The position numbers and the translations under genes are program-made. Shown piece by piece: positions 35,667 through 37,149 of a stretch of DNA of 37,149 nt (its first letter is position 1; each line of letters begins with the position of its first letter). The notes beneath the pieces were generated by a model. That model had not been told where the DNA came from, made no database searches, and saw only the letters and a program-made list of their open reading frames with translations. Source of the stretch: a virus. The stretch is from the IMG/VR virus record IMGVR_UViG_3300002093_000007, positions 1-37,149 of that record. The stretch is one strand, 5' to 3'.

Positions 35667-35909
35667 TTAGCCTATTTTAATGCTTCCCAACTGCACCTGT
35701 CCATCAGCATTCGACAGGTAGTTCTTCACGACATATGCAATACCTGCGGCAAAAGCGACTCGGCCCACCTCAGAGTAATTCATCTGATAGAAGTCGAAGC
35801 CGGGTGCATTTAATGCTTGAAGCAACCATGTGAGTACTGCCGAGAGTACTGCGACGATAAGTCCTTTCGCAACATCCTTGAGATTGATTGAATAGAGTTT
35901 TGATTTCAT
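35667..35909 (-). CDS. Two-TM small membrane protein, holin-like
   Basis: 80 aa. Hydrophobic segments GLIVAVLSAVLTWLLQAL and VAFAAGIAYVV. Last gene of the late arm, next to the lysis-type genes. Confidence 0.45.
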   Translation of the reverse strand: MKSKLYSINLKDVAKGLIVAVLSAVLTWLLQALNAPGFDFYQMNYSEVGRVAFAAGIAYVVKNYLSNADGQVQLGSIKIG

Positions 35910-35916
35910 AGATATT

Positions 35917-36435
35917 TTAGGTAACTTTTATTTTTATAAATTCATTGCCAGACTTTTCCCACACCTTACGCATACTGTCTCTGTTTTTATCCATTTTACT
36001 GTGACACGGAACACATAATCGTACCCAGTCATTTAGATCTCTTTTGTATTCTCCAGATATGTTTGCCCAGTGATATATTTTATTAACTCTATTTTCACCA
36101 CACTCTTTGCAATACTTATCACTTCCACGATATCGAGCAACCCAATCATGTAAACTTCCATAATTTACTAAATCTCCTTTCCACCTTGGATGTTTTTCAC
36201 CCCTACGATTTGGGCGAGGCTTACTGATTGCATCTATCACTCTCTGTCTGTGTTCTGGTGATTTTGGTACACCCTTAAGTTTTGCAGATATCTTATGTCC
36301 CCATGAATGTTTTTCTCCTATTTTTGACTTCCAATAACATTCTCTTGAACAAAATTTCTTAGTTATCCACGCCTTATTTGATGTCCATTTATCCTTAATA
36401 AATACTTCCGGACACATGTTACATTTTTTATTCAT
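35917..36435 (-). CDS. HNH homing endonuclease with NUMOD-like motif (free-standing mobile gene)
   Basis: GHKISAKLKGVPKSPEHRQRV (NUMOD3-like). C-terminal HWANISGEYKRDLNDWVRLCVPCH (HNH). Visibly more AT-rich than its flanks. Confidence 0.7.
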   Translation of the reverse strand: MNKKCNMCPEVFIKDKWTSNKAWITKKFCSRECYWKSKIGEKHSWGHKISAKLKGVPKSPEHRQRVIDAISKPRPNRRGEKHPRWKGDLVNYGSLHDWVARYRGSDKYCKECGENRVNKIYHWANISGEYKRDLNDWVRLCVPCHSKMDKNRDSMRKVWEKSGNEFIKIKVT

Positions 36436-36470
36436 TTATTCATAATAATGTATTTATCTGATAAATCAAG

Positions 36471-36980
36471 TTACAACCACTTTTTATATGCTCCCGTTGA
36501 GTAACTTGCCCAGTATTTAATATTCCCACGCTTGAATTCTGAAATCATAACGCGTACATTCTTTTCTGGATCATTCAGTACTTCCTCAATATCACGGAAC
36601 ACAGCTCCAGCACCTATCCAATAAGCTTGTCCTTTCTTGTTTTTTCCATCATTATACTGGCATAATCCATAATCTCTCGTACCGTTGCTATTTGGTTTTC
36701 CTATTGCGCGAGGCATAAAATCACTTTCCTGTTTTATGCACGCCGTGATGACATTTTTCTCTGCCACAGTAAGTCCTGCATTGTCGCACATCACCCGCGC
36801 AGAATGCCTCGCACGCTCTGGGGTGTCCCATAACAGCACTTCGGGCTTTGCTTCTTTCTGTGGGGCTTGTGGCTCCTCAGGGGGGGTGATAATCGGCTCC
36901 TGTAATGGCGGACAATAGAATGGCGGCTCCTTTGGTTTCTTCATAAAGAGACTGAGGATGAATTCAATGAGTTTTTGCAT
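36471..36980 (-). CDS. Membrane-anchored lytic transglycosylase/lysozyme-like (SLT, GH23-like) protein
   Basis: N-terminal hydrophobic IEFILSLFM, a Pro-rich linker, then CIKQESDF...NGTRDYGLCQYN (the E-S ... GLxQ pattern). The track starts at GTG 36986; ATG 36980 is preferred. Confidence 0.6.
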   Translation of the reverse strand: MQKLIEFILSLFMKKPKEPPFYCPPLQEPIITPPEEPQAPQKEAKPEVLLWDTPERARHSARVMCDNAGLTVAEKNVITACIKQESDFMPRAIGKPNSNGTRDYGLCQYNDGKNKKGQAYWIGAGAVFRDIEEVLNDPEKNVRVMISEFKRGNIKYWASYSTGAYKKWL

Positions 36981-37149
36981 ATTCACGCTTATTAAATAAT
37001 CGAATAATTGCTACCCAGATTGCTTTAATGATCGCGCTTGCCCAATTATCTTCGCTTGATATTCCGTTCTCCATGTACCACTGTTGCTTCTCTTTTGGAA
37101 TATCCGAGAACATGAACGCCCCGTATCGCTCAACTGCTTGATTGATGAC
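36964..37149 (-). CDS. C-terminal end of the wrapped C1 peptidase gene (37049..37149 duplicates 1..101)
   Basis: Own translation continues ...ENGISSEDNWASAIIKAIWVAIIRLFNKREYAKTH-TGA, with the stop at 36964..36966. Confidence 0.7.
   Translation of the reverse strand, partial: VINQAVERYGAFMFSDIPKEKQQWYMENGISSEDNWASAIIKAIWVAIIRLFNKREYAKTH
37049..37149. repeat. Terminal direct repeat, copy 2
   Basis: Identical to 1..101. Confidence 0.95.

Noticed and set aside
1-37149. Lysogeny module, stop-codon reassignment, a diversity-generating retroelement, a CRISPR array, or a long tape-measure gene
   Set aside because: I recognised no integrase, repressor or reverse transcriptase. ORFs tile both arms with the standard code and no unexplained gaps. 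No repeat-spacer architecture is present. These are by-eye negatives and should be confirmed with profile searches.

Overview
The window looks like one complete tailed dsDNA phage genome of about 37,048 bp. The first 101 nt (1..101) are identical to the last 101 nt (37049..37149), so the contig closes on itself and one gene wraps the junction. The genome has two divergent arms. The minus-strand late arm runs from 23320 down to 1, wraps, and continues from 37048 down to 35667. In order it encodes a secreted peptidoglycan-binding protein, an HExxH protein, small and large terminase, portal, scaffold, major capsid, about 15 tightly packed virion/tail genes (including a Gly-rich fibre and a 740-aa beta-helix fibre), and a lysis-like cassette. 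That cassette holds a tail-anchored membrane protein, a papain-like C1 peptidase, an SLT/lysozyme-like protein, an AT-rich HNH homing endonuclease and a 2-TM holin-like protein. The plus-strand early arm (24095..35568) encodes a Prim-Pol/helicase fusion, a PD-(D/E)XK nuclease, an SSB-like protein, RusA, many small ORFs, a 20-unit pentapeptide-repeat protein, a HAD-like hydrolase and RtcB RNA ligase. The arms diverge from a 770-bp non-coding control region (23321..24094) and converge on a bidirectional terminator (35578..35607). I saw no integrase, repressor, DNA polymerase, CRISPR array, reverse transcriptase or stop-codon recoding. Most genes lack a clear Shine-Dalgarno sequence and are separated by only 1-3 nt. 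The most interesting signals are: a tRNA-derived acceptor/T-arm minihelix (27718..27765) in a genome that also carries RtcB; an iteron-rich origin-like control region; perfect DnaA-box 9-mers upstream of three plus-strand promoters; a pentapeptide-repeat gene bracketed by 18-bp perfect direct repeats; a C1 peptidase in the lysis cassette; and an in-frame TAA that seems to split a structural domain. All family calls rest on motif recognition by eye. No database search was run.
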